Origin: Octopus bimaculoides
Taxonomy: Eukaryota
Assembly: GCF_001194135.2 (NCBI RefSeq)
Contig: NC_068993.1
Span: forward strand, 36,894,697-36,936,639
Reading direction: 5' to 3'
Length of the DNA stretch: 41,943 nucleotides
The notes beneath the pieces are model-generated. The model worked only from the letters and a program-made list of their open reading frames with translations, made no database searches and was not told the origin of the DNA. Positions 1 to 10,970 of this stretch are shown here, piece by piece; the first letter of the stretch is position 1, and each line of letters opens with the position of its first letter. Position numbers and translations under genes: made by a program.

Positions 1-357
1 GCAAAAGAGACCGATAGAAACAAGTAAAAGAGTATACAATTTTTATTCTTTAAAACGAAACAAAACAGTGAGAGGGGAAATAATGTTTATTTTTGTATAC
101 TTCCACTTCATTTATGTTTGAAAAGTTTTCTCCTACTTTTTTGAATTGCAAAATCTTTGATCAGATCCTCAAAATTAACCTTAGGTAACACATCTGCATC
201 TATACTTAGTAGAGATAAAGGCATCCCGAATATTATTTTAGCAAGTTTAAAGTAATTTTTTTTTCTGCCGTAAACCATTCACCATTTCTGTGGTGCCTTC
301 TCCTTCCCTTGATGCCCTAAGCACGTGCTTATTTTTCTTAATGATTAATCCAACGTT

Positions 358-551
358 GAAGAAGCACACTCTAAGAAGCTGAGCAATCTATATTTATTAC
401 TGGTGAAGGCCGGTTTATAGGGTTAACCTGGGCTTCTCGCAGTAATAAATGCCCAGTAATAAATATAGGCGAGAAATCCAAGGTAACCCTATAAACCGGC
501 CTTCACCAGTAATAAATATAGATTGCTCTACTTCTTAGAGTGGGCTTCTTC
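358..551. mobile_element. Foldback/MITE-like palindromic element, ~83-bp arms and 28-nt spacer
   Basis: 358-440 is the near-perfect reverse complement of 469-551 (gaagaagc...ttactggtgaaggccggtttatagggtt...ttctcgc). The spacer repeats agtaataaat. Confidence 0.75.
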
Positions 552-690
552 TCCGGATTTATGTTTTTCTTAAAAAACGATCTATATATGTGTGTGTGTG
601 TGTATTTTTTATTCGAAATGTATAGTATTAAATATCCATCACGGCTGATCTTGTCAATCGGTTTTGCGTAAAGAAGAATACAATGGAATG

Positions 691-834
691 TTAGGTAACA
701 ATCCGATTATATAACTTTACACTCATCAGAGTTAACTGATATGGAAGGGAATATGGCGAGAGCAGTCGCCATATTCCCTTCCATATCGGTTAACTCTGAT
801 GAGAGTAAAATTATATAGTCGGACTGTTACCTAA
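691..834. mobile_element. Palindromic hairpin element, 69-bp arms and 6-nt loop, abutting (TA)n
   Basis: 691-759 vs 766-834 are reverse-complementary with 5 mismatches; loop gagcag. Confidence 0.8.
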
Positions 835-852
835 TATATATATATATATATA

Positions 853-1300
853 TTACCTTTTACTTGTTTCCGTCATTAGACTGCTGCCAGGCTGGGGCAC
901 CGCCTTGCAGAATTTTTAATCAATTGGCTCGACCCCAGTACTTACTTTTAAGCCCGGTACTTACTTTGTCGGTCTCTTTGCTGAACCGTTAAGTTACAAG
1001 GATGTAAACAAAGCATCACCGGTTGTCCAGCGGCGGTGGGACACACAAACACACATACATATACATACATATATANNNNNNNNNNNNNNNNNNNNNNNNN
1101 NNNNTGTGTGTGTGTGTGTGTGTGTGTGTGTATAAACGACGGGCTTCTTTCAGTTTCCGTCTATCAAATCTACTCGCAAAGCTTTGGTTGGCCCGAGGCT
1201 ATAGTAGAAGATACTTGCTCAAGGGGCCACGCAGTGTGACTAAACCCGGAACCATGTGATTGGAAAGTTAACTTCTTACCACACAGCCACGCCTGCGCCT
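853..1300 (-). mobile_element. Full-length tRNA-derived CORE-type SINE (type A: head-CORE-(TG)n-tail)
   Basis: Minus strand has GGCGTGGCTGTGTGGTAAG A-box-like head, GGGTTTAGTC B-box-like, CCTTGAGCAAGT CORE-like block, (TG)n with gap, and tail ending GAAACAAGTAAAAG. The family recurs >10 times in the window. Confidence 0.8.
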
Positions 1301-1529
1301 GACGCACGAAACTCTCAGCCCTTGAGTCCTTCTGTTGCTTCTGCTAAATATTAATAATAAAAAAGATAGATAGATAGATAGAACTTAACCGTTAGGACGT
1401 CAGATATATAATGATTTATGGTATTTAGTTGCTTTTAAGCATTCTGAATTAATTCCCACAAAATGGAGCTCTGCCTTTCATCGATCCGCAATTAATAATA
1501 TATTTATATTCCTATGAGGAAACTTAGAT

Positions 1530-1711
1530 CAGTACTCCGCAATCTTTTTACATTTGCAATTCACTTTCTTTTCAAAATTCGGCGGCACACCTGAACTAAA
1601 AATATAACTAAAACTATAGGAAAAAAAATTATATTCAGTTTACATTGCGGCACACATAGCATCGTCTCGTGGCACACCAATGTGCCACAACATACTGGTT
1701 GCGGAGCACTG
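1530..1711. mobile_element. Non-autonomous hAT MITE (182 bp)
   Basis: TIRs CAGTACTCCGCAATC / GGTTGCGGAGCACTG; 8-bp TSD acttagat / acctagat; subterminal GCGGCACAC-like repeats. Confidence 0.8.
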
Positions 1712-3220
1712 ACCTAGATATAAATGAAGTTATTATATGATATGGAATAGAAAGGGTATGTTCGGGTGATTATAGTTTCCGCAAAAGCCGTTAGCAGTGC
1801 AAAGGAGAGAGTTTCAAAGAAACCGAGGTGGTATAACTTGGCTCAAGTCCACCGGGGATTCCATTGCTTGTCTCTCAAACAACACCCTTCAATGTCCTCT
1901 TTAAATTAATGTTTCAGTTAATGTATTAGATTCGCTGAAAGAGATTGTTATTCAATTATAAAGTGCATTAAGATATTTAATAAAATATTAGACCTAAAAA
2001 TGAAATTGTCTATTTAATTGTTCTATTGTTATGGACTCTGATAAAGCATACATCTGTAATTTCCGTCAGCCTTACATTTGTAATGTTTTCTTAAGCGTCA
2101 CTCAACCAACGAACAATGTTCTAACATCGTTAAAAAAAATTCTAGGAAGGACATATAGTCTTTTGTTCATGCGGCTAAAGTATTAGTACTTATGCACTAG
2201 GAGTGGGGGAAATCCTTGACTTCCATAAGAGTATTATGGAAGTGACATGCATACAACTACAAATGGGAATCGAAACTAGGTCGCTGTGAGTTTACCTTAT
2301 TTCACACTACTAATAAAGGTCGCTTGGAGACTGATGTAAAAGAAACAGAAATCAGAATTTAAAAATAAAATATATTGATAACGTGTTACGTATGTGGCAG
2401 GGAAACTTGGAAAAAGCAGATTTATAATGACGAAGGAAATATAGAAACTGATTATCTCTCGCACAACTTGTGTAACCTGCAATAGAAACAAAAGGTGGCC
2501 AGCAGATCTTAAAATTCGCCTTAGCAACCATAACAGGGTAGCATACACCTTTAAGATGAGAGGTAGTCATACTCATCAGCAAGTTAACTGCCACTGTGAG
2601 TGTGTGTGTGTGCGCGTGTGTGTACACAATCGAAGTAATATTAAATTAAATTAGCCATCTGTAATTCATATTTAATGTATATATACCGTTGACAGGTAAA
2701 TTTATAGTAGAATTCGTCCAAGATAACATCTATCGTGCTCTGTTTAAAACTAATATACATCAGAGAGAGACGTAAGGATCGTCAGCGGCTTGCGAGAAAG
2801 CCAGATGCATTTCAGCCTAGTTGGGTTTTATTAGTAATAAAAACTTACAGCCAACCACATGCCTAGACTAGATTTATTAGCTCCAAAATATGAAACAATG
2901 AAAATGATATACAGCGATACTGCGAATAGCCACGCTCAATGGATGTACATCGTTCATAGGCAATTTACTTCGGTGCTCGTTTGAGATAACATCTTTTATA
3001 AAACATACATACATACATACGTCTACTATTGCACTTGATAAATTAGGTAACAAAGCAAGCCTGTTGGCTGGAGACACATAGTCGCTTTGGGATGAATGTA
3101 AAAATACACATGTAATTTAAAGGTCTCGTTCAGGTGTACACCAAGTTTTAAAAAAAGATATTAAGTAGATGTATACCTTTAAATCTCAAGCTATTGCTGT
3201 GCCTTGTCTTTCCTCTAGAC

Positions 3221-4392
3221 CAGGGGTCACCAAACTCTTTTCACAGCGGGCCAGATAACTGAGAGAAAGGCGAGCGCGGGCTGCATAACCATTTTGTTCA
3301 ATACAATACAGTGAATATACGCAAAATAAAAACAACCAATATATTTATTTACCAAAAAGTTATCAAAGAAGATGACATTAGCAATAAGATAGTTATATCA
3401 CACCCAATGGGCACATATCCGAATTTCACAGACTAAATAGCAAAAAAAAAAAAAGTTTAGTGAGATTTGTGAAACTGGTGCTTAGCTTTTAAGATATCAA
3501 TACTTGCTTTGGAATTGCTGCATCCAACCAATAGAATTACATTCAAACATTCATCAGTCAACCTCGTTCGATGTGCTAACTTCAGATTACTTCAATTTTG
3601 AAAATGTTTGCTCACAGACAAAGATTGTTCCAAACACAGATGCCATACCAGAGGCAAATTTCTTCAAATTTGAAAACTCATTATCAGGTAAGCAGTGATA
3701 AAATTCTACAAGTATTCCTTCTCTGTGCTTCTCATTCAACAAGTCAATGAGCACCAACTGTAGTTCGACTGGCAGGTTATCAAAACCCAAACGCATTCTG
3801 GGACAGAAGAATGTCATTCTCAATTCTGCCGAGATCTGAAAATCTCACCAAAAAATACTTATTTAAGTCACGAATTATCTTCTTCAGAAACTCGAGGTTG
3901 GCATCTGTGATTCTAGCGCGAAACTCTTTGAGACACTGAAAATTAGAGAAGTTTCCTCCTTCCAGTTGTGCTTCAAATAATGATAGCTTTCTCTGAAATC
4001 TTTTGTTGATTCTGTAAAAATCATTATATTCTCCCCAAGTTCTTCTGTTCGCCATAACTCTGAGCTTGCTGAAAAGCTGATGCTTCCAAGCAAATCGGCT
4101 TTCTCAGGATACAAGTCATTTGCTGCTTCCATCATACACTTTTTGATGAAGTTGCCGTCGGTAAACGGTTTTCCTCGCTCTGCCATCTTATGCATTATTT
4201 TGTAACTTGTACGACTGACATATTCATTTTCAACAAACATTCTTGTAAAGAGAATGTTGAAACACGACGATGCAAGTTAAAACACGATCGCTGCAGGAAT
4301 GAACTCTCAATGCAGGTACTTACAAAGAAGGTACAGTGTGGCGGCGGACCAGATGAACTGACCTCACGGCCCGTAAGTTTGGTGACCGCCTG
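3221..4392 (-). mobile_element. Internally deleted hAT transposon (Charlie/Buster, GTF2IRD2-like transposase remnants)
   Basis: TIRs CAGGGGTCACCAAACT / AGTTTGGTGACCGCCTG; 8-bp TSD ctctagac / ctcaagac. Frameshifted ORFs contain KPFTDGNFIKKCM and FGTIFVCEQTFSKLK (hAT dimerisation domain); catalytic core and N-terminus are deleted. Confidence 0.9.
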
Positions 4393-4546
4393 CTCAAGAC
4401 GAGATAGAAGGAAATTGTCATGGCATCCTGTTCGGGGGCTTGTATAGCTCTCAATTCCAAAGTTTGGTGCCCATCTCTCTAGGATCTTTCACATGCATAT
4501 CACTACATATTTCTCATACACTACACACACAGATTTATAGGAATCT

Positions 4547-4893
4547 TGCAGGCGTGAAGTGGATTCGATCCACTATGCCACAAATTTGAATTAACACTGC
4601 GTCAGAACGTTTCCCGCGGTGGAACAACGGTTTCGATCTGACAGCAGTTAGATATGTCCCAGACGCCTTTAGCTAGGCCAAAGCGGTGTCTCCACCACTT
4701 GACCCTTTCTGACCTCTTCTACTCCATCTAGAATAGAGATAAACAAGACCGCCAGCTAAATCCTTTGCACTCACTACCCTGCTTGATAGCTATAAAAACA
4801 GGAAACCTCCAAGCAAACTTCCTCTTTTTAGTCACCGGTGGGTGACGACTCATGGAGAACGAAGTCTGGCTGACCAATTACAAGAAGCCCGTA

Positions 4894-4896
<3 letters not shown>
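4547..4896 (+). mobile_element. Unclassified CpG-containing insertion, possibly a solo LTR
   Basis: TG...CA ends possible, TATAAAA at 4791, flanked by (TA)n. No TSD or internal coding sequence found. Confidence 0.25.
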
Positions 4897-4935
<39 letters not shown>

Positions 4936-5352
4936 GACAATAAGAAGATGGAGGGGATCAAGAGGTGGTATTCATCAACTTTTAGACATTATATTGTCTA
5001 TTTGTTTATTTAAAAGAAGAAAAAAAACAATTATAACAATATACATACATGTATAACATATGCTTTACATATATAAAAATACCAGTAATTATTAAAATAT
5101 ATAACGTAGAACATAGAAAGTAGAATAGTTTCTTACAGCAGTTTCAGCCAAGAGGTCATAGTACCCCACTTTACTTCCTTCCCTTCAGTGAACTGAAGTA
5201 TTTGGTAGATAAAATTAAGGAACTCGGGTGTGCCTCTGGGCTTCGTCAGAGAGTTTAGAAAGTTCATGAGGTTAAGTTATAAATATAAATGTATATATAT
5301 ATATATACACACTTTTACATATACATAAATACATATCTATACATTTTCCCCT

Positions 5353-6312
5353 CTAGTGTCAGCTCAGAGCTGCGGCCATGCTGATGCACCACCGTTTTGC
5401 TACACTCTAATTACTGAAGGCCTCCTCCAATATGTGGCACTTGGTGAAGAATGGAGTTTGATGTAACTACCCTCATTTGCACCTCTTGCCGTGAGGTAGG
5501 TTCATCTGGGACTCTCGACAGGAAGATGTCCAGCTTTGATTAAAAACCCCCTACATCTACTTTGTGCAGGTTCCTCAGGCTCTTTGGGAGAATATTAAAA
5601 AAGCTGTGGGCCCTTGAAACCCAAACTGTTGCAGTAACTGGTCCTGAAGCACAATGGCATTGCTGGGATCTTTGGCACTATGCAGTGTCGTCCCGTTCTG
5701 GCATTGGTGTAGCTTTCAATGCCAAAATTTGGCANNNNNNNNNNAGATGTATATTACTGCATACCTCTCCCGCCTTGTCTCCAGGGAGTAGAGTCTCAGC
5801 TGTTTCAGCCTTTCCCAGTAGCTGAGCAGTTGCAAAGAGACAATCTTCTTTGTGAATCTTCTCCGGATTGCTTCAAGGTCTGCTGTTAATTTCACACTGG
5901 TGGGTGACCATAGCTGGGAGCAGTAATCCAGACGGCTGAGGACGAATGTCCTCCAGAGGACCATCATAGTTTCCTTATCTCTGGTTCTGAATGTTCTCAG
6001 GATCCATCCAGCCAGTCGTCTGCACTTTGTCGCCATCCTGGTAATGTGCACATGGAAAGAGGTATTATCACTCATGTCGATACCCAGGTTTTACTGATTT
6101 AGGCTCTGAGATTGAAATTCCCTGCGGACCAGTGTACCCTGTAAGTTTCATATTCAGTTTTGGACGTTGGTAAATTGAGTCCAACTCCTGCTGCAGATGT
6201 GCAACATCACTGGGGTTCTGTATTTTCTGCGAGACTTTCGTATCGTCTGCGTAGCTTGCAAGGGTGGTTATCCGGGCACTTGAGGGCATATCTGAGAGGA
6301 TCACTATAAATA
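5353..6312 (-). mobile_element. 5'-truncated CR1/L2-group LINE (RT C-terminal half + 3' UTR)
   Basis: YADDTK motif (6068-6325 ORF) and LGWIL-type/SRLDYCSQLWSP/LSYWERLKQLRLYSLETRR motifs (5716-6075 ORF); internal deletion and frameshifts. Confidence 0.85.
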
Positions 6313-6500
6313 TATATACATACATATATATGCATACAACGGAATTTATTATTATTATTATTAGGTGTAATATATAATTATTATTATTAGATAAAGTATA
6401 AACAGGGGAAAGAGAAAATTATGTATGTATGTATGTGTTGGAGCAACGGAGGATTCCTTTAAGATCAGAGTAACTAATCACAGATCCTCTTTCACGAACT

Positions 6501-6755
6501 CATCAACACCGATTGTTAAGCGGTGGTGGGGACCAACACACATACACACATGCGTGTGGGTGTGTTTGTCCCCACCACCGCTTGACAATCGGTGTCGGTG
6601 TGTTTACATCTCCGTAATCTAGCAGTTCGGCTAAGAGACCGATAGAATAAGTACTAGGCTTAAAAAAAAGAAAACGTCCTGGGTCCATTTGTTCCACTAA
6701 AATCTTTCAGCATGGCCACAGTCAAATAACTGAAACAAGTAAAAGATAAAATAAT
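6501..6755 (+). mobile_element. Type A SINE 3' half with a 5' foldback inversion
   Basis: 6561-6755 matches the type A tail; 6501-6549 is its inverted copy. Confidence 0.75.
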
Positions 6756-6769
6756 AGATTCAAATTTTG

Positions 6770-7375
6770 GCACAAGACTGAGAGCTCAACTGCTACTTAT
6801 TTTTATCGACTTAGAAATGTAAAGACGAACGAAATGTCTCTAAGCACTTTGCCAGCTCGCCGCTCTACTTCTAATAATAATAATAACATAATATAAATAA
6901 AATGTCAAATGTTTTGGTGCATGACTTTTGGCCCATCCCGTAGATTTGTAAGAGGTACAAAGCCACTTAAATCTACAAATTTCGAAGAAATACTACAGTA
7001 AATTATATCGATCCAGAATTTGAGTGGTGCTTTGTTTTTATCGACCCCCTAGATAAGTTAATCTCAGTTATTTTTTTTCTTCTCGAGCCTTCGTACTCAT
7101 GAAGCCGGTTACTCGTTTTCCCTGGCGTATCACCGAGATGACAACTTTCTCCACTGAAACAGGATGCCAATCCATTTCTTAGTCGAAGACCAGTAATTTT
7201 TGGGGGAGGGGGTAAGTCGATTACATCGAACTCAGTACTTGATAAATACTTTATTTTATCCCGAAAGTATGAAAGGCAAAGGTAATCTCGGCAGGTTTTG
7301 AACTTAAAATGTAAAGAGCCGGAAGAAAGACCACGCAGCGTTTTACCCAACGTGCTTCCCGTCATGCCAGCTCGC
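6770..7375 (-). mobile_element. Cluster of degenerate tRNA-derived SINEs with GCCTTTCATCCTTTCGGGGTCGATAAA core (Nin/Deu-like)
   Basis: Reverse complement of the 20744-20974 family is visible at ~7190-7375, with further fragments at 6770-6860 and 7000-7060. Confidence 0.65.
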
Positions 7376-7601
7376 AATTACTACAAGACATCTCGTCCAG
7401 CGGTCTACGGAGAAATGTTGCATTTTATAATGATAAATAAACAAAAATATTAAAATTCTAGCTTAAACTATATACTATATATTTTTAATTTTAAAAATAA
7501 AAATTACTGAACAAAAAACAGACAAAATCTCTCTTCAATTTTGGGTTGAAACGAAAATACATGCATGTGCTCGTCTAATTATTTAATGCGGGATTTTTAT
7601 C

Positions 7602-7727
7602 ATGGCGGCGCCTATGTCTGCCAGTCTGCCGATAATCATAGACAAAAAAGTGAAGAAAAAACTTCAGCGATGTCGACATACTTTACGCAAGTTAGATAAT
7701 ATCAGTTTATCAAATGAGCAAACTAAT
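7602..7727 (+). CDS. ALKBH8: ALKBH8 coding exon 1 (MAAPMSASLPIIIDKKVKKKLQRCRHTLRKLDNISLSNEQTN; N-terminal basic helix)
   Basis: ATG at 7602, 42 codons, then GTAAGA donor at 7728 (phase 0). KKVKKKLQRCRHTLRKLDNI resembles the recalled human [20 protein letters not shown]. Joins in frame to exon 2. Confidence 0.8.
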
Positions 7728-7856
7728 GTAAGATATTTAAAAATTATTTTTGATGTTAAATTGCTTTTTTTAAATGTTTTTTTTTTCTGGCTAGCAGACG
7801 CTCTGATGTTATATATGTAAGATATTAGCTTTGTAGATTAAGTAGTGTTTTACAAG

Positions 7857-7887
<31 letters not shown>

Positions 7888-8437
7888 GTATGTATATGAG
7901 GAGTGCTTATAATATCCTTGCTGCAATTCATTCACTGTGTCAGTTCAAAACTATAAATGTTCATTCGTTCGTAACTTGAAAGATGCTTTATATAGGAGAA
8001 AATAGCGAAGAGAAGGTAACTTATTGCTAGAGAATTGACTTTTCGCATAACGAAAAATGGCTTCGGAATAGAAATAAAAAGAGAATCGAACTAGAATTCT
8101 TCTTCAGTACTATAGCCCAACATCATTTGTGTTGTTGTCCAGTCCCCAGGTCAGTACTGATCGAACAGGCGTAATAAAATGCATTCCATTTCTAACCATT
8201 TCGTCGTTTTGTATATTTGTAGCTAAATTATCTTAGCGCGTCGCGTCCACTTTTAGGAAGTCAGCGTGTGAGTTGGGTGGGGTGCTGGTGATATAGCTAT
8301 TTAAAACTTTTTTTTTTTTATTGGCGATCCTTTGTCTGATGGTGATTCTTCCTGCTCGGAAGCCAACTTACACTTTATAACGATGAAAATGTTGTACGTC
8401 GGTGGTCACTTTTGCTGCGATGATGCCGAAAGAAAGT

Positions 8438-8554
8438 TGGCCGGCATCATCTATGGAAGCGTGATGATTCAAGTAGTGGTCGGCATTATCTATGGAAGAA
8501 TGAAAATTCAAGTAGTGGTCGGCATCATCTATGGAAGAATGAAGATTCAAGTAG
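8438..8554 (+). repeat. 39-bp tandem repeat, 3 copies
   Basis: Unit tggtcggcatcatctatggaagaatgaagattcaagtag at 8438, 8477 and 8516. Confidence 0.9.
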
Positions 8555-9000
8555 TGCCTTTACCATTTCCCAGAGCTAACTGTCTGAATCAAACATGTCA
8601 AAACCATTCTAAAGTAAAATCAAAAACCGAAATGCGGAACGCNNNNNNNNNNNNNNNNNNNNNNNNNNNNNNNNNNNNNNNNNNNNNNNNNNNNNNNNNN
8701 NNNNNNNNNNNNNNNNNNNNNNNNNNNNNNNNNNNNNNNNNNNNNNNNNNNNNNNNNNNNNNNNNNNNNNNNNNNNNNNNNNNNNNNNNNNNNNNNNNNN
8801 NNNNNNNNNNNNNNNNNNNNNNNNNNNNNNNNNNNNNNNNNNNNNNNNNNNNNNNNNNNNNNNNNNNNNNNNNNNNNNNNNNNNNNNNNNNNNNNNNNNN
8901 NNNNNNNNNNNNNNNNNNNNNNNNNNNNNNNNNNNNNNNNNNNNNNNNNNNNNNNNNNNNNNNNNNNNNNNNNNNNNNNNNNNNNNNNNNNNNNNNNNNN

Positions 9001-9130
9001 TGTTCGGCAAAAGAGATAGAATAAATACTAGGCTTACAAAGAATAAGTCCTGGAGTCGATTTACTCGACTAAAAGGCAGTGCTCCAGCATGGCCACAGTC
9101 AAATGACTGAAACAAGTGAAAGAGTAAAAA
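9001..9130 (+). mobile_element. Type A SINE tail emerging from the gap
   Basis: tgttcggcaaaagagatagaataaatactaggc...ccagcatggccacagtcaaatgactgaaacaag. Confidence 0.75.
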
Positions 9131-9569
9131 TTTCTAATTTAGAGTAAAATAGTTGTACATTGATAAAATGTTGTTCACTGCAATTGGATTTGCTTGTTAT
9201 GAACGTTTTTAAAAATAAAAACCAGGGCTTACATTTGCAAATACTTGTGCAGGTAATTCAGGCATGTTGCTAAATACTGGCCTTATGTTCAGAGGGAGAC
9301 TATGTTTGTGTTAGAATGAGTCAATAATTTTTTTTTGTTAAAAGCTGTTTCCTAGTCTCTGCATCAAAATCAATCTTTAATCTGAAATATATTTCTTGAG
9401 AGTGCCACAAATAGCTGAGGGCCATCTCCCTGAAAGGATCTGTGATTTGTCTGTTTTCCTACTTACTAGGAAAACAGACAAATCACAAGTCTCTTTAGGG
9501 AGATGGCCCTGCTTGATATGTCAGAAAGGTATTGGTAGAAACTACATATAGCATACCCAGTGCTAGCTA

Positions 9570-10342
9570 TATAAACATGTCCAGTGGGGACTGTCAGTGT
9601 AAATGATTTGAGAAAAGAATTGGGTTTTAAGAGACATTAGATGCTGCATGCAAGAGTGAAGACTGTAGTGGTATGGTCATGAGATGCATATGAATGAGGG
9701 CAGCTGCATGAAGAAGTGTCTATCTTTAACTGTGGAGGGAACCTTTGGAAGGGGTAGACTCAGGTGATGTGGGACAGAGTGGTGAGAAAGGATCTTGAGA
9801 TTTTGGGCTTCACTCAGGAGATGACAAGGGACCAAGACTTCTGGCAATTTGCTGCACTTGAGAATGCATATCAAGCTAAGTAAAATCATGGCCATCCATA
9901 CATACAGGCATGTCCTTTTCTGCTATGTCTCCCACTACCTCTCTCAGCAGAGAGGTCATTGTCTTGTGGGTTTGCAGGTGCTGTTGTTACGTGAAAAGTA
10001 CCCGTTTTTGTGTCATGTAAAAAGCATCCATTTCGGTTTCACATAAAAGTGGCTGAGCTGGTGCCATGTAGAAAAGCACCCATTCCAGTACCATTGTAGA
10101 AAGGCACCTCTGCTGGTGCCACATGAAAAACACCTATGCCAGTGCCATGTATAAAGCACACATGTTGGTGTCACTTAAGTACCCAGTATACTCTATAAAG
10201 TGGTTGGTGTTAGGAAGGGCATCCAGCCATATAAATCATACTTAGACAATTGGAGTCTGGAAAGCTCTCTGGTTGGTCAGCTCCTGTTAAACCATCCAAC
10301 CTATGCCAGCATGGAAAACGGACATTAAATGATGATGATGAT
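9570..10342 (+). mobile_element. 5'-truncated, degenerate RTE LINE (ORF end + 3' UTR + (GAT)n tail)
   Basis: 9660-9880 matches the RT C-terminal region of the 26240-27715 copy, followed by an AAAAGCAC array, the GGAAGGGCATCC block and a (GAT)n tail. Confidence 0.7.
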
Positions 10343-10724
10343 TAACACATCAATCACTGCTGTTATCAACACCACTGTCACCGCTGTTGTTTTTTTTATC
10401 ATTGCTATCTTAGAGAAATTCATCTTCAGTGCTATCTATCACATTACTGATTACAAAATATTTTTTAAACCATGGCTGTTATTTCTGCTCTTATAGTTGC
10501 CTATGATGACTTCATCTATTGACATAGCAGTACAGTAACAGGTCACTTTAGTTACTCTTGCTTTTTATTTTTGAGCCCTAAACCTCATTAGGTTGGTTAC
10601 CTGGGTTTCCTGGTGTATGAGTGACCAGCATCACAACATTTCCCCTGAATGGGACATCAATCCAGAGCTTATGGCCAGCAATTTTGAGAGTAGGGGATAA
10701 GTGTACCTACTTGTTCCACCCTTA

Positions 10725-10970
10725 TCATCATCATCATTTAATGTCCATTTTTCCATACTGGCTGGATGTTCTTCCTAATGTCAACAACTTCACAGAGTGT
10801 ACTAGGTGCCTTTTTTAAGTAACACTGGCTTGGGTGCTTTTACATGGCACCAGTACGGGTGCTTTTACATGGCACTTGCATGGGTGCTTTTAAATGGCAC
10901 TAGCACAGGCCTTTTTATGTGGCACTAACACAGGTACTTTTATGTGGTACCATCATGGGTGCTTTAAGAT
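10725..10970 (-). mobile_element. RTE-tail element with a 25-bp tandem array
   Basis: (CAT)n-TTTAATGTCC tail; 25-bp units gtgcttttacatggcaccagtacgg at 10834, 10859, 10884, 10909, 10934 and 10959 (partial). Confidence 0.75.

Noticed and set aside
766-834. Hammerhead ribozyme (CTGATGAG present)
   Set aside because: No stem II/GAAA follows; the motif is simply part of the palindrome arm. CTGATGACTGAAAC at ~37985 is a SINE-tail variant lacking stem II.
2849-2960. In-frame TGA as selenocysteine
   Set aside because: Another stop lies a few codons upstream, and there is no recognisable selenoprotein motif or SECIS.
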